Shown: positions 20,454-30,037, counted from the first letter of the stretch. The stretch is DNA of 64,000 bases from Symbiobacterium thermophilum IAM 14863 (GCF_000009905.1 NC_006177.1:2984595-3048594), one strand, 5' to 3'. Numbers and translations: made by a program. The notes: generated by a model not told the origin, from the sequence alone.

Positions 20454-20837
20454 TCACACAGACGGGCCGAGCATGGCCGCCACCAGGTCTGTGAAGGACC
20501 GGGTGAGCCGGGACTTGGTGACCACCCTGGCGCCCAGGCCCTCGGCGGCCCGGCGGGCCTCCACGTCCACGTGTGCGCCGAAGGCCAGGACCGGAATGCC
20601 CCGCTCCCGGGCGGCCCGGACCAGCGCCAGGGCCGCCTCGCCGGCCTCCAGGTCGACGATGGCCAGGTCGACGCCCCCGGGCAGGCTGACCTGTGTGATC
20701 GCCGCGTTCCCGGGGGCCTGCCCGGACCCGCCGGCGCTGAGGTCCCGCACCTCCGGCTTGTGTCCGAGGTCACGCAGGGCCCGCTCCAGCCGTTCGGCGA
20801 AGAACAGGTCCGCGGCCAGCGCGTAGACGGACGCCAT
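20454..20837 (-). CDS. Receiver-like (degenerate REC) domain protein
   Basis: REC-like pattern DLAIVDLE...PVLAFGAH...GA..VVTKS, but the N-terminal acidic pair is replaced by ALAAD. Confidence 0.35.
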   Translation of the reverse strand: MASVYALAADLFFAERLERALRDLGHKPEVRDLSAGGSGQAPGNAAITQVSLPGGVDLAIVDLEAGEAALALVRAARERGIPVLAFGAHVDVEARRAAEGLGARVVTKSRLTRSFTDLVAAMLGPSV

Positions 20838-20936
20838 CTACGGATTCCCCCTCGATCAGTTGTACACCTTTTGGTCGCCGGCGGCCCGCTCAGCGGCGCG
20901 CCGCCGGCGGAAGCCACTATCCGGGAGGATGTGCGC

Positions 20937-22238
20937 ATGACAGCCAGGTATGAACGATCCGCAGCCCTGTACGAGCGCGCCGTGGCCCGCATCGTCGGCG
21001 GCGTCAACTCGCCCGCCCGCTCCTTCAAGTCCGTGGGCGGCGGCGCTCCGGTCTTCATGGCCCGCGGGCAGGGTCCCTACCTCTATGACGTGGACGGCAA
21101 CCGGTACATCGACTACATCGGGGCGTTCGGCGCCGGGATGTTCGGCCACGGCCACCCGGAGCTCGTCGCCGCCGTCGCCCGCGCGGCGGAAGGCGGCACG
21201 ATCTACGGCACCCCCAACCCGTGGGAGGTGGAGTTGGCCGAGCGCATCCACCAGGCGCTTCCGTCCATGGAGCGGATCCGCTTCGTCACCACGGGTACCG
21301 AGGCGGTCATGTCCGCGGTGCGGGTCGCCCGGGCCTTCACCGGCCGGCCGAAGATCATCAAGATGGAGGGCTGTTACCACGGTCACTCCGACTTCGCCCT
21401 CATCGCCGCGGGCTCCGGCCCGTCTCAGCTGGGAACGCCCGATTCAGCCGGCGTCACCGAGGGGGTCGCCCAGGACGTCATCACCGTGCCGTACAACGAC
21501 CTGGACAGCCTGGGCGAGGCGCTGGACGTCTGGGGCCCGCAGGTGGCCGCCGTCCTGGTGGAGCCCATCGTGGGCAACTTCGGCGTGGCCATGCCCAAGC
21601 CCGGCTACCTGGAAGGGGTCAAGCGGCTGGCCCACGCGCACGGAGCGCTGCTGATCTTCGACGAGGTCATCACGGGCTTCCGGGTGGCGTACGGCGGCGC
21701 GCAGACCCTGCTGGGGATCGAGCCGGACCTGACGACGCTGGGCAAGATCATCGGCGGCGGGCTGCCGCTGGCCGCCTACGGGGGCCGGGCCGAGATCATG
21801 GACTGGGTCGCGCCCCTGGGGCCCGCCTACCAGGCCGGCACCCTGGCCGGAAACCCGCTCTGCATGCAGGTCGCGCTGACCGGCTTGGAGATCCTCTCCC
21901 GCCCGGGAGTCTACGAGCGGCTGGACGCCGACGCCGCCTACCTGGCCGACGGGCTGGTGCGGTCCGCCCGCAGCCACGGTCACACGGTGCAGCTGGGCCG
22001 CGCGGGCTCGATGTTCACCCTGTTTTTCTGCGACGAGCCCGTGGTCGACTACAGGACGGCCCAGCGGTCGGACCCCGCCAAGTTCGCCGCCATGTTCCGG
22101 GGGCTGCTGGACCGGGGCATCGCGCTGGCCCCCAGCCGCTTCGAGGCATGGATGCTCACCGTGCAGCACACCCGGGCCGACCTGGAGGAGACGCTGCAGA
22201 TCGCCGACGAGGTCTTCGCGCAGATGGCGGGACAGTAG
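20937..22238 (+). CDS. hemL: Glutamate-1-semialdehyde 2,1-aminomutase
   Basis: Class-III aminotransferase with HemL sequence throughout; ATG 8 nt after GGGAGG. The track ORF start at 20571 is an upstream run-on. Confidence 0.9.
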   Translation: MTARYERSAALYERAVARIVGGVNSPARSFKSVGGGAPVFMARGQGPYLYDVDGNRYIDYIGAFGAGMFGHGHPELVAAVARAAEGGTIYGTPNPWEVELAERIHQALPSMERIRFVTTGTEAVMSAVRVARAFTGRPKIIKMEGCYHGHSDFALIAAGSGPSQLGTPDSAGVTEGVAQDVITVPYNDLDSLGEALDVWGPQVAAVLVEPIVGNFGVAMPKPGYLEGVKRLAHAHGALLIFDEVITGFRVAYGGAQTLLGIEPDLTTLGKIIGGGLPLAAYGGRAEIMDWVAPLGPAYQAGTLAGNPLCMQVALTGLEILSRPGVYERLDADAAYLADGLVRSARSHGHTVQLGRAGSMFTLFFCDEPVVDYRTAQRSDPAKFAAMFRGLLDRGIALAPSRFEAWMLTVQHTRADLEETLQIADEVFAQMAGQ

Positions 22239-22253
22239 GCACATACGGACGGA

Positions 22254-22290
22254 GGGAGCCGGGGTTACCCCACGGCTCCCTCTTCGTATC
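22254..22290 (+). terminator. Intrinsic terminator after hemL
   Basis: GGGAGCCG-gggttacccca-CGGCTCCC followed by TCTTCGTATC. Confidence 0.5.
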
Positions 22291-22356
22291 ACCCGGTCCT
22301 TCCTCGTGCCGGGGACCGGCTCCGTGCCGTGTGCCGCCGCGGGGCGCCTCCCCGGG

Positions 22357-23031
22357 CTACAGCGTCGGGATCCGACCGACCATGCTGACCAGGGCGACCG
22401 CCAGGCCCACGCCCACCAGCACCGCCAGCGCCACGGCGACGCCGACCGGAATCAGGAAGATCACCACGGCCTGCCCGGTATCCACCCGCAGGGCGGCCCG
22501 CAGGGCCAGCACCGTGAGGACCAGCAGCCAGACCCAGAACACGATTCCGACGAGCGCGGAGAGCCAGGTCAGGCCCAGCCGGCTCAGCATGAGGTTCAGC
22601 GGGGCCTGAAGCAGCGCCGGCAGTCCGGCAAAGCCCAGGGTGGCGAGCATCGCCCGGCCGTCCCGCGCCGCGCCCATCAGCTCGCCGATCAACCCGTAGA
22701 TGGCCGCCCGGCCAAACCACCACAGCACGCTGGCGAGGATCCCGACGACCGCGCCGAACACCGAGGCCGACCCCGTCAACGCCTGGATGACCTCCACGAC
22801 CTCCGGCGGGACGTCCGAGGGCAACAGGCCGGGGTCCAGCGCCATGGCATCCCGCGCGGAGGCCATCCCCAGGAGGCCCGTGAAGACCGCGAGCCCCGTC
22901 ACCACCCATGCGGCGGCGCCCACGGGCCGCTCGTCCGCGATCTTGGCCATCGCCCTCCCCGGGGCGATGAAGACGTCGAGCATCAGATCCCACACCGAAG
23001 TCGCGCCGTTCTGCGCAGACGGTTCCGTCAT
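22357..23031 (-). CDS. Yip1-domain membrane protein
   Basis: Five to six TM helices with a Yip1-like pattern. Confidence 0.5.
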   Translation of the reverse strand: MTEPSAQNGATSVWDLMLDVFIAPGRAMAKIADERPVGAAAWVVTGLAVFTGLLGMASARDAMALDPGLLPSDVPPEVVEVIQALTGSASVFGAVVGILASVLWWFGRAAIYGLIGELMGAARDGRAMLATLGFAGLPALLQAPLNLMLSRLGLTWLSALVGIVFWVWLLVLTVLALRAALRVDTGQAVVIFLIPVGVAVALAVLVGVGLAVALVSMVGRIPTL

Positions 23032-23052
23032 CGGTCTAACCCTCCACTCGCA

Positions 23053-23991
23053 CTAACGGATGCTCACCGGCCCCGGCTCCAGGGCGTACAGGCCGCTCGG
23101 CAGCCCCAGGGAGGCGGGCGGGAGGATCCCCCGGCCCAGCAGAGCCCCCAACAGCCCGTTGGCGCGGTTCATCTCCCGCACTTCCGGCTCCCCCGGCAGG
23201 CCGGCCAGCTCTGCCGCCACCTGCACCGCGCGCTTCAGGTCGCCCAGCTCATCGACCAGCCCCAGCTCCAACGCCTTCCGGCCGGTCAGGATGCGCCCGT
23301 CGGCGATCTTCCGGACTTGTGCCTCGTCCATGCCACGGCCCTCGGCCACGACCGGGACGAAGGCCTCGTAGGTCTCGTCCACCAGGTCCTGCAGGAGGTC
23401 CCGCTCGGCGTCGGTCATCTCCCGATCCGGGCTGCCCATGTCCTTGAACGGTCCGCTCTTAAAGGTGTACGTCTTGTAGCCGACCTTCTCATATACCTCG
23501 GACAGGTTCCCCACCTGCAGGATGACCCCGATGGAACCGGTCATCGTGTCCGGGCTGGCGATGATCCGGTCCGCCCCGGCCGAGATCCAGTAGCCGCCCG
23601 AGGCGGCGCTCTCGCCCATGGAGACCACCACCGGCTTCCCGGCGTCCTGCACCCGCCGGACCGCCTCCGCGATCTCCCAGGAGGCGACCACGCTTCCGCC
23701 CGGGCTGTTGACCCGCAGGACGACGGCCTTCACCGCCGGGTCCTCCGCCGCCCGGTCCAGGTGTTTCACGATGGTCTCCGAACCGGCGCCGGCGCCGCTC
23801 AGGAGGCTGCCGGAGCCTTCCCCGGACACGATGGTCCCCTCCACCCGCACCAGGGCCACCTGTCCGCCGGATGGCCCTTTCGGGCTGCCGACCTCCCGGC
23901 CGGTGCCCTGCCAAAAGGCCACGGCGAGCGACAAAACGACGATGGCGACGATCGCGCCGGCCGCAATCCAACGCTTCATGGTGTTCTTCAC
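23053..23991 (-). CDS. sppA: Signal peptide peptidase SppA (36K type, S49)
   Basis: N-terminal TM, S49 core (VVLRVNSPGGSV, GESAASGGYWIS, Ser-Lys dyad context). Confidence 0.8.
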   Translation of the reverse strand: MKNTMKRWIAAGAIVAIVVLSLAVAFWQGTGREVGSPKGPSGGQVALVRVEGTIVSGEGSGSLLSGAGAGSETIVKHLDRAAEDPAVKAVVLRVNSPGGSVVASWEIAEAVRRVQDAGKPVVVSMGESAASGGYWISAGADRIIASPDTMTGSIGVILQVGNLSEVYEKVGYKTYTFKSGPFKDMGSPDREMTDAERDLLQDLVDETYEAFVPVVAEGRGMDEAQVRKIADGRILTGRKALELGLVDELGDLKRAVQVAAELAGLPGEPEVREMNRANGLLGALLGRGILPPASLGLPSGLYALEPGPVSIR

Positions 23992-24020
23992 TCCTCTTCA
24001 GGGGATTTGTCAGCTTCCTT

Positions 24021-25205
24021 CTAGTCCTCTCGCGCGATGCGCCTGATCCACGGCCCCAGGGTCAGGCTCAGGCCGCCGAGGGCCAGGCTGACCGCGAGGA
24101 ACGAGCCCACGTACCGTACGTAGGGCAGACGGGAGAACAGGGTGAGGCAGACCAGCCCCAGCAGGAAGGCCGCAGACCGCGGTGCCTGCCCGTCGCCCCG
24201 CACCCGGCCCAGAATCGCCCATCCCAGCCAGCCCGCGACGAAGACCTGGCCCAGGTAGATGGCCGCCGCGTACAGCGGCAGCACCACCATCAGCGCGGCG
24301 GGAATGCCGCCGACCGTGAGCATCAGCACCAGCGCCAGCACGGGGACGCCGGCCAGCAGCCCGGCCCCGACGGCCAGGGTGGCCCAGAAGTGGCCTGAAA
24401 CCCGCCTCTGAAACGAGCCGAGCAGCCCCGGCGCCAGCCAGGTGACCAGAAGCCCGACCGCTGCGAAGCCGGCCAGACGCCCGAGCGCGAAGCCGTCCAT
24501 GGTCAGCAGGGGCTGTGTCGCCCCCTCGCGGGCGACGAAGCGCACCTCGCCGACGCTGGCCCCGTCGTCGACCACCGGCGGCCGGTCGGCGACAGCCAGG
24601 ATGCCGCCACGCACCACGGCGCCGGGCAGCACCCGGGCCTGGTCGTACCCGTGGAGGCTGAGATCCCCGCCGACCTCCCCCGACACGGTAACGCGGCTAG
24701 CCGTGGCAAACAGGCTCCGCCCGACCGTTCCCCCCAGCTCCACGTCACCGCTCAGGGCGAACCACGTGGTCCCGATCTCCGCCTCCGGGCCCAGGGTCGC
24801 CCTCTGGCTGACGGTTATGGCGCTCCGGCCCACCCGGCCCTCGATGGTCACCGCTTCCAGGGCCAGCACTCGCACGTTGCCCAGCACCTGGCCCGAGATC
24901 CACACCCGGTTGGCGTAGCCGATCACGTCCCCCTCCACCGTGCCGGTGATCACCGCATCGGCGCCCAGGAGGATGAGGTCGCCCGCCAGCGTACCGTAGA
25001 CCGCCGCGCCCTTCTCCGCGTTGACGACCAGGTCATCCTCCAGCCTCTCCCCTTCCGGGATGATCACCTGCTCCTCGCCGGCGGCGATCGGGGGCCGGCC
25101 CGCCTCGGGACCGCCCGCGGCGGCCGCCCCGACGGTGGACACAGCCGCGGCCAGCGCGGCCAGGGTCAGGACCAGCCAGATTCTCCATCGGCGCATTCGG
25201 TTCAC
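24021..25205 (-). CDS. Membrane protein: N-terminal signal/TM, bactofilin-like beta-helical repeat ectodomain, C-terminal polytopic region
   Basis: Repeats of VxGxVxGD(V/L) typical of polymer-forming/bactofilin-like (DUF342/DUF583-type) domains, then about 4 TM helices. Directly downstream of the anti-sigma gene. Confidence 0.5.
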   Translation of the reverse strand: MNRMRRWRIWLVLTLAALAAAVSTVGAAAAGGPEAGRPPIAAGEEQVIIPEGERLEDDLVVNAEKGAAVYGTLAGDLILLGADAVITGTVEGDVIGYANRVWISGQVLGNVRVLALEAVTIEGRVGRSAITVSQRATLGPEAEIGTTWFALSGDVELGGTVGRSLFATASRVTVSGEVGGDLSLHGYDQARVLPGAVVRGGILAVADRPPVVDDGASVGEVRFVAREGATQPLLTMDGFALGRLAGFAAVGLLVTWLAPGLLGSFQRRVSGHFWATLAVGAGLLAGVPVLALVLMLTVGGIPAALMVVLPLYAAAIYLGQVFVAGWLGWAILGRVRGDGQAPRSAAFLLGLVCLTLFSRLPYVRYVGSFLAVSLALGGLSLTLGPWIRRIARED

Positions 25206-25211
25206 CTGCCT

Positions 25212-25754
25212 TCAGTGGTGGAAAGGAGACAGCCGGCGCCGGCGGTGCCGGAGGTTCAGCAGGATGATCACCAGGCCGGCGGCCAGCAGGGGGACGAGGA
25301 CGTTGTGCCGCGACGTAGGCGGGGCGAAAAGGAACGAACGGGCGGACCGCAGGAGGCGGCCGGCGAGCTCAGGCGCCCAGTGGCCGGCGGTCATCCACCC
25401 TCCCAGGGGCAAGCCCTGCAGCCACGGAAGCACCGCGCCCTGCAGCCCGGCCACGGCCGCCAGACCCAGGCCGGACAGCCCGACGGCCAGCGCCCGGGCC
25501 CCGTTCCGGCCGACGCTCACCCGGGCCGCCAGCCGCCCCGGCAGGTCCGCGGCCGCCAGGGCCTTCGCCTCCTCCCGGGTCAGTGCGAGGGCGGCCTCAA
25601 GACGCAGGTCCTCCAGGTCCAGCGCGCCCAGGCGGACCTGACACGCTGCGCACCTCTGCACGTGGCCGCGCACCGCCTCGGCCTCTGCTTCCTCCAGGAG
25701 CCCCATGCGGAACAGGTCCAGCGTCATATCGTCCCAGCAGCCCTTGGCGTTCAC
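25212..25754 (-). CDS. Anti-sigma factor (zinc-binding HxxxCxxC, single TM)
   Basis: HVQRCAACQ motif, central TM, GTGA start/stop overlap with the upstream sigma gene. Confidence 0.65.
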   Translation of the reverse strand: MNAKGCWDDMTLDLFRMGLLEEAEAEAVRGHVQRCAACQVRLGALDLEDLRLEAALALTREEAKALAAADLPGRLAARVSVGRNGARALAVGLSGLGLAAVAGLQGAVLPWLQGLPLGGWMTAGHWAPELAGRLLRSARSFLFAPPTSRHNVLVPLLAAGLVIILLNLRHRRRRLSPFHH

Positions 25755-26299
25755 GTGGCCACCTCCTGTTCCACCAGACGCTTCCGGAGGAGTCGCTTGG
25801 CCCGGTGGAGATGCGTGCCGACCGTTCCCACCGGGATGTTCAGAACCTCGCTGATCTCCTGGTACGACAGGTGGTTGAAGTAGTGCAGGGTCACCGCAGT
25901 CCGATACGGCTCAGGCAGTTCTGCCACCGCCTGCCGCACGGCGGCCCGGTCGTGCACCGCGAGGACCTGGCCGGGCGGCGGGGGGGCCGGGTCCGGCAAG
26001 TCGGCCAGCACCGCGTCCTCCACGGGGGCGGGACGCTGCTGCCGGGCCCGCAGGTGGTCGCGGCAGAGGTTGGCCGCGATGCGCAGAAGCCAGGGGCGGA
26101 AGGGCTGGGTGACATCGAAGCCGGCCAGGGAACGGTAGGCCCGGAGGAAGGCCTCGCTGGTGAGGTCCAGCGCGTCCTCCCGCCTGCCCGTCATCCGCAG
26201 GCAAAAGCCGTAGACGCCGTCCTGATGCAGCCGGACCAGCGCGGCGAAGGCTTCGGCATCGCCGCCCTGCGCCCGCCGGATCCACTCCTGCTCGACCAC
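25751..26299 (-). CDS. ECF (sigma-70 family group IV) RNA polymerase sigma factor
   Basis: Region 2 (FRPWLLRIAANLCRDHLR) and region 4 (LSYQEISEVLNIPVGTVGTHLHRAKRLL). GTG start after GGGGGGAAAGGGG. Confidence 0.8.
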   Translation of the reverse strand: MVEQEWIRRAQGGDAEAFAALVRLHQDGVYGFCLRMTGRREDALDLTSEAFLRAYRSLAGFDVTQPFRPWLLRIAANLCRDHLRARQQRPAPVEDAVLADLPDPAPPPPGQVLAVHDRAAVRQAVAELPEPYRTAVTLHYFNHLSYQEISEVLNIPVGTVGTHLHRAKRLLRKRLVEQEVAT

Positions 26300-26324
26300 C
26301 CCTTTCCCCCCTTCCACTCTTACC

Positions 26325-26351
26325 TACCGGCCATCCCGCGGTTTTCTTTCA
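26325..26351 (-). promoter_or_regulatory. Possible autoregulated ECF-type promoter (TGAAAG-N16-CGGTA)
   Basis: Resembles the sigma-W/X/M-type TGAAAC-N16-CGTA consensus; position fits a short leader. Confidence 0.3.
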
Positions 26352-26371
26352 CCCTGCCGTGCAGAGTTCTG

Positions 26372-26412
26372 TTCCCAAGGAAAAGGCCGCCCCGACTGCC
26401 CACGGCAGGGGG
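26372..26412 (-). terminator. Hairpin terminator downstream of the mazG-like gene
   Basis: Minus strand: GCCGCCCC...GGGGCGGC stem with inner CTGCC-gtg-GGCAG, followed by CTTTTCCTTGGG. Confidence 0.4.
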
Positions 26413-26421
26413 CGGCGCGCC

Positions 26422-26799
26422 CTACTGGTGATTCCCCGGCGGCGGCGCGGTCCACTGGCGCTGGACGTTCTTCGCCATCTTGGCCTTGTAGGCCGCCTCC
26501 AGGTCGATCCCCGCGTTGTTCGCGATCTTGAAGATGTAGGCCAGGCAGTCCGCCAGCTCGAAGCCCAGGTTCTCCCGGTACTCCGCCAAAGCGGCCTCCC
26601 GGGCCGCCTCCTCGCCCATCTCGGGTTCCAGCAGGCTGGCCCGCCAGAAGATGTTGCGCAGCTCGTTGGCCACCTCGCCCACCTCACCGGCGAGCAGCAC
26701 CATGTTCAGCTTCAGATCCGGGCCCCATCCCTTCTGCTCATCCAGCCACCGGTGGAAGGCCTGGAAATCGGCAATGGTACGCATCGCGTTCGGGAACAT
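26422..26799 (-). CDS. MazG-like nucleotide pyrophosphohydrolase
   Basis: EVGEVANEL...LGFELADCLAYIFKIAN motifs of the MazG/NTP-PPase fold; GAGGAGG SD. Confidence 0.7.
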   Translation of the reverse strand: MFPNAMRTIADFQAFHRWLDEQKGWGPDLKLNMVLLAGEVGEVANELRNIFWRASLLEPEMGEEAAREAALAEYRENLGFELADCLAYIFKIANNAGIDLEAAYKAKMAKNVQRQWTAPPPGNHQ

Positions 26800-26835
26800 G
26801 GCATGCCTCCTCTGCGGTGGTTGTGCGTATCCCGC

Positions 26836-27681
26836 TCAGTCTGCCTGCGGCGCCAGTCCGTGGGCGCGCAGCCAGTCCAGGATCTCGGCGAAGACCTCCT
26901 CGCGGCCGGGATCGTTGAAGATCTCGTGGTACTTCTCCGGATAGAGCTTGAACCGCTTGTCCCCGTGCCCAATGCGATCGAAGACCGCGCGGGTGGCCTC
27001 CGGATCCACCAGATGATCCGTGCCGGCCACCAGGAAGAGCGCAGGCAGCCCCTCGGGGAAGGCGACGCGGGTGCGGCACTCCGCGGCGGCGCGGGTGCAC
27101 TCCACGAACCAGCGGGGCGTGGCCGTCTGGCAGCGCAGCGGGTCCTTCTGGTCCAGGGCGATCCGCTCAGCGTCCCGGGTGCAGATCTCGGGCGGGATGC
27201 CCGACTTCACCTGCAACCGCGGGGAGATCACCGCCAGGACCGGCGCCAGCGCCTGCTCCAGCCGGCTCACCTTCGCCCGGCTCAGGAACCATGGCGACGA
27301 GAGCACCAGGGCCGAGATGGTCTCCGGGTGCGCCGCGGCATACCGGTAGGCGATGAGCCCGCCCATGGAGTGGCCGATCATCACCGGCCGGCCGTGCGCC
27401 TCCGCGGCCAGCTTCACGAACGCCGCCAGATCCACCAGGTAGTCGGAGAACCGGTCCACGTGCATCCGCGTGCCTTCGGACCGCCCGTGCCCCCGGTGGT
27501 CCATCGCCCAGACCGCGAAGCCCCGGCCGGCGAACCAGGCCGCGACGTGCTCGTATCGCCCCACATGCTCGCCCGCCCCGTGCACGAGCACCAGGTTGCC
27601 CTGAACATGCTCGGGCTCCCAGCAGCGGTAGTACAGTTTCAGCCCGCCGAGGCCCGACAGGGTGCCGCTTCTCTCCCTCAT
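26836..27681 (-). CDS. Alpha/beta hydrolase (lysophospholipase/monoacylglycerol lipase-like)
   Basis: HGxGEH...GHSMGG nucleophile elbow; start at the ATG right after GGAGAGG. The 569-aa track ORF is an upstream run-on. Confidence 0.7.
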   Translation of the reverse strand: MRERSGTLSGLGGLKLYYRCWEPEHVQGNLVLVHGAGEHVGRYEHVAAWFAGRGFAVWAMDHRGHGRSEGTRMHVDRFSDYLVDLAAFVKLAAEAHGRPVMIGHSMGGLIAYRYAAAHPETISALVLSSPWFLSRAKVSRLEQALAPVLAVISPRLQVKSGIPPEICTRDAERIALDQKDPLRCQTATPRWFVECTRAAAECRTRVAFPEGLPALFLVAGTDHLVDPEATRAVFDRIGHGDKRFKLYPEKYHEIFNDPGREEVFAEILDWLRAHGLAPQAD

Positions 27682-27810
27682 GGCCTCTCCTCCGTTCGGC
27701 TCTGTTATGGAAGCCAGATTCGTTAACCTGTCGCACATTTCCTCTTGGCAGGGATTCTCTGACAGGGGCACGAATGTGTGAAGCATCAGCGAACGGAGGC
27801 GAGCTCGGCG

Positions 27811-29028
27811 ATGACCCAATTGCGATTGAACTGGAAGAATACGTTCATCATCGGTCTCGGCTTCTTCGGGGTCAGCCTGGTGTGGCCGCTCTACAACGCC
27901 TACATGCCCATCTTCTATGCCAGGTACATCGAAGCGAAGGCGACCATCGGGTATCTGATGACCATCGACAACTGGCTGGCGCTCACGCTGACGCCACTGG
28001 TCGGCTTCCTGAGCGACCGCACGCGGACCCGCTTCGGGCGCCGCATCCCGTACCTGCTGGTCTTCGCCCCGCTCTCCGCCCTCTTCCTCATGCTCATCCC
28101 GGTGGGCTGGGAGACCAGCCTCTGGCTCCTGCTCGGGGCAGCCGTCCTGATGAACCTCTCCATGGCCTGCTGGCGCTCGCCGATCGTGGCGCTCATGCCT
28201 GACGTCACCCCGCCGCCGCTGCGCTCCAAGGCCAACGGCATCATCAACTTCATGGGCGGCCTGGCGTACATCGTGGCCATGTTCGGCGGCGCCATCCTCT
28301 ACCGCATGTACCCCGGCTTGCCCTTCGTCGCCTCGGCGCTGCTGCTGCTGGGGATCACCGCGATCTTCTACTTCTTCATCCGTGAGCCGGAGCACAGCAC
28401 CGAGAAGTCCGAACGGTTCCAGTTCGCCCTCATCCGGGACCGCAGCGCCATCTTCATGCTCCTGGCCATCTTCTGCTGGTTCGTTGCCTACAACTCCCTG
28501 GAGACGTGGGTGACCACCTACGGCCGCGAACATCTTGGGATGCACGAGGCCGACGTCGCCGGCCTGCTCACGTTCTCCGGCGGGGCGTTCCTCCTCTTCG
28601 CCATCCCCTCAGGCTTCCTGGCCGACGGCATCGGCCGGTTCAAGGGGCTGGGCCGCAAGCGGACCATCCTCGGCGGCCTCCTCCTGATGATCCTGGCCTT
28701 CTTCCTGCTGGATCTGCAGGCGAACCTGAAGTCCGCCTGGTACCTGTTCGCCCTGGTCGGCTTCGCCTGGTCGTGGGTGAGCATCAACTCCTACCCGATG
28801 ATCACGCAGATGGCCGGTCCCGGCCAGATCGGCGCCTACACCGGCATGTACTACCTCTTCTCGTCGATGGCCAACATCGCCGGACCGCCCCTGTTCGGCT
28901 GGGTCTTCGACCATTACGGCTACCGCTTCTTCTTCCCGCTGGGCATCCTGTTCATGGCCCTGGCCGCCCTCTGCATGCTGCTGGTGACCAAGGGCGAGAA
29001 GGAGCCCGCTGCGGAGGCCCGGGCCTGA
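27811..29028 (+). CDS. MFS transporter
   Basis: 12-TM profile, MFS motif A-like GRRIPY; ATG after GGAGG. Confidence 0.7.
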   Translation: MTQLRLNWKNTFIIGLGFFGVSLVWPLYNAYMPIFYARYIEAKATIGYLMTIDNWLALTLTPLVGFLSDRTRTRFGRRIPYLLVFAPLSALFLMLIPVGWETSLWLLLGAAVLMNLSMACWRSPIVALMPDVTPPPLRSKANGIINFMGGLAYIVAMFGGAILYRMYPGLPFVASALLLLGITAIFYFFIREPEHSTEKSERFQFALIRDRSAIFMLLAIFCWFVAYNSLETWVTTYGREHLGMHEADVAGLLTFSGGAFLLFAIPSGFLADGIGRFKGLGRKRTILGGLLLMILAFFLLDLQANLKSAWYLFALVGFAWSWVSINSYPMITQMAGPGQIGAYTGMYYLFSSMANIAGPPLFGWVFDHYGYRFFFPLGILFMALAALCMLLVTKGEKEPAAEARA

Positions 29029-29049
29029 TCGCCCGGTCCCCGGCCCCGC

Positions 29050-29976
29050 TCAGCCGCCCGCGGCCCGGAGGATCTCCTCCGCCAGCCGCTGCGTGGCCAG
29101 CGCCTCGGCCACGGAGGTCTCCGGCGTCCGCCCCTCCCGCAGGCAGGCGAGGAAGTGCTCCAGCTCGGGCGCGATGCCCCGCTTCTGCAGGGTGGGCGTC
29201 CACGACCCGAAGAGCGGCTCCACCCGCTCGGCCCCGTCCTCCCGGACGACCAGCCGCTCCATCTCCTCGACGATGACCGTCAGGCCGCCGCCGTGCAGCT
29301 CGACCCGCTCGGTGACCGCCCCGGCGCTGAAGCTCTGGGACAGCTGCACCAGGGTGGCGTCTGCCGACTCCATCTGCGCGGCCACCAGCCCGGTGCGGGC
29401 GCAGGCCGTCCGCAGCTGCAGGTCGCCGGCGAAGAACCGGGCCAGGTCGATGATGTGGATGACGTCGTCGGTCACGTAGAACCGGAGCGGCCAGCGCGTC
29501 CCGCCACCGGTGCGGTGTTTCTGGACCAGCACGTACTCGATCCTTCTGCCCGAGTCGTGAAACAAGGCCTTCGCCCGGCGGTAGGCGGGAGCGTAACGGC
29601 GGTTGAAGCCGACCATCAGCAGCCGGCCCGTGCGGCCGGCTGCTTCCGCGATCGCCTCGGCGTCGACCAGGTTGTCGGCCAGGGGCTTCTCCATGAACAC
29701 GTCGATGCCGGCTTCCATAAGGGCGATCGCCTGCTCCCGGTGCGCCGGCGTGGCGCTGAGCAGGTAGGCGGCCCGGGGCCGCGCGGCCAGGATCTCGGCA
29801 AACGTGCGGGCCCGGAGCCGCAGCCGGTACTGCGCGGCCAGCTCATCCACGTTCCGCCCGGTGCGGCTGGACAGGCCGATGATCTCCACCTCCGGATGGC
29901 TGGTGAGCACCGGCAGGTGAGCCTTCCGGGCGATGTTGCCCAGCCCGACCACGGCCAGGGTGATGGGAGCGCGCAC
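29050..29976 (-). CDS. Gfo/Idh/MocA-family NAD(P)-dependent oxidoreductase
   Basis: N-terminal Rossmann LAVVGLGNIARKAHLP; GTG start after GAGGAGGGG. Confidence 0.75.
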   Translation of the reverse strand: MRAPITLAVVGLGNIARKAHLPVLTSHPEVEIIGLSSRTGRNVDELAAQYRLRLRARTFAEILAARPRAAYLLSATPAHREQAIALMEAGIDVFMEKPLADNLVDAEAIAEAAGRTGRLLMVGFNRRYAPAYRRAKALFHDSGRRIEYVLVQKHRTGGGTRWPLRFYVTDDVIHIIDLARFFAGDLQLRTACARTGLVAAQMESADATLVQLSQSFSAGAVTERVELHGGGLTVIVEEMERLVVREDGAERVEPLFGSWTPTLQKRGIAPELEHFLACLREGRTPETSVAEALATQRLAEEILRAAGG

Positions 29977-29993
29977 GGTATCCCCTCCTCAGA

Positions 29994-30023
29994 AACGGCG
30001 GCGGAGAGCTCTCCGCCGCCGTT
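29994..30023. terminator. 30-nt perfect palindrome AACGGCGGCGGAGAGCTCTCCGCCGCCGTT (terminator of the cotF-like transcript)
   Basis: Perfect inverted repeat between the cotF-like stop and the gfo start; the minus strand follows it with TTTCTGAGG. Confidence 0.5.
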
Positions 30024-30037
30024 GTTGTGCCGGTTGA

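Noticed and set aside
22306-25883. Plus-strand ORFs 22306..24024 and 24651..25883
   Set aside because: Antisense to Yip1, sppA and the bactofilin-like/anti-sigma genes.
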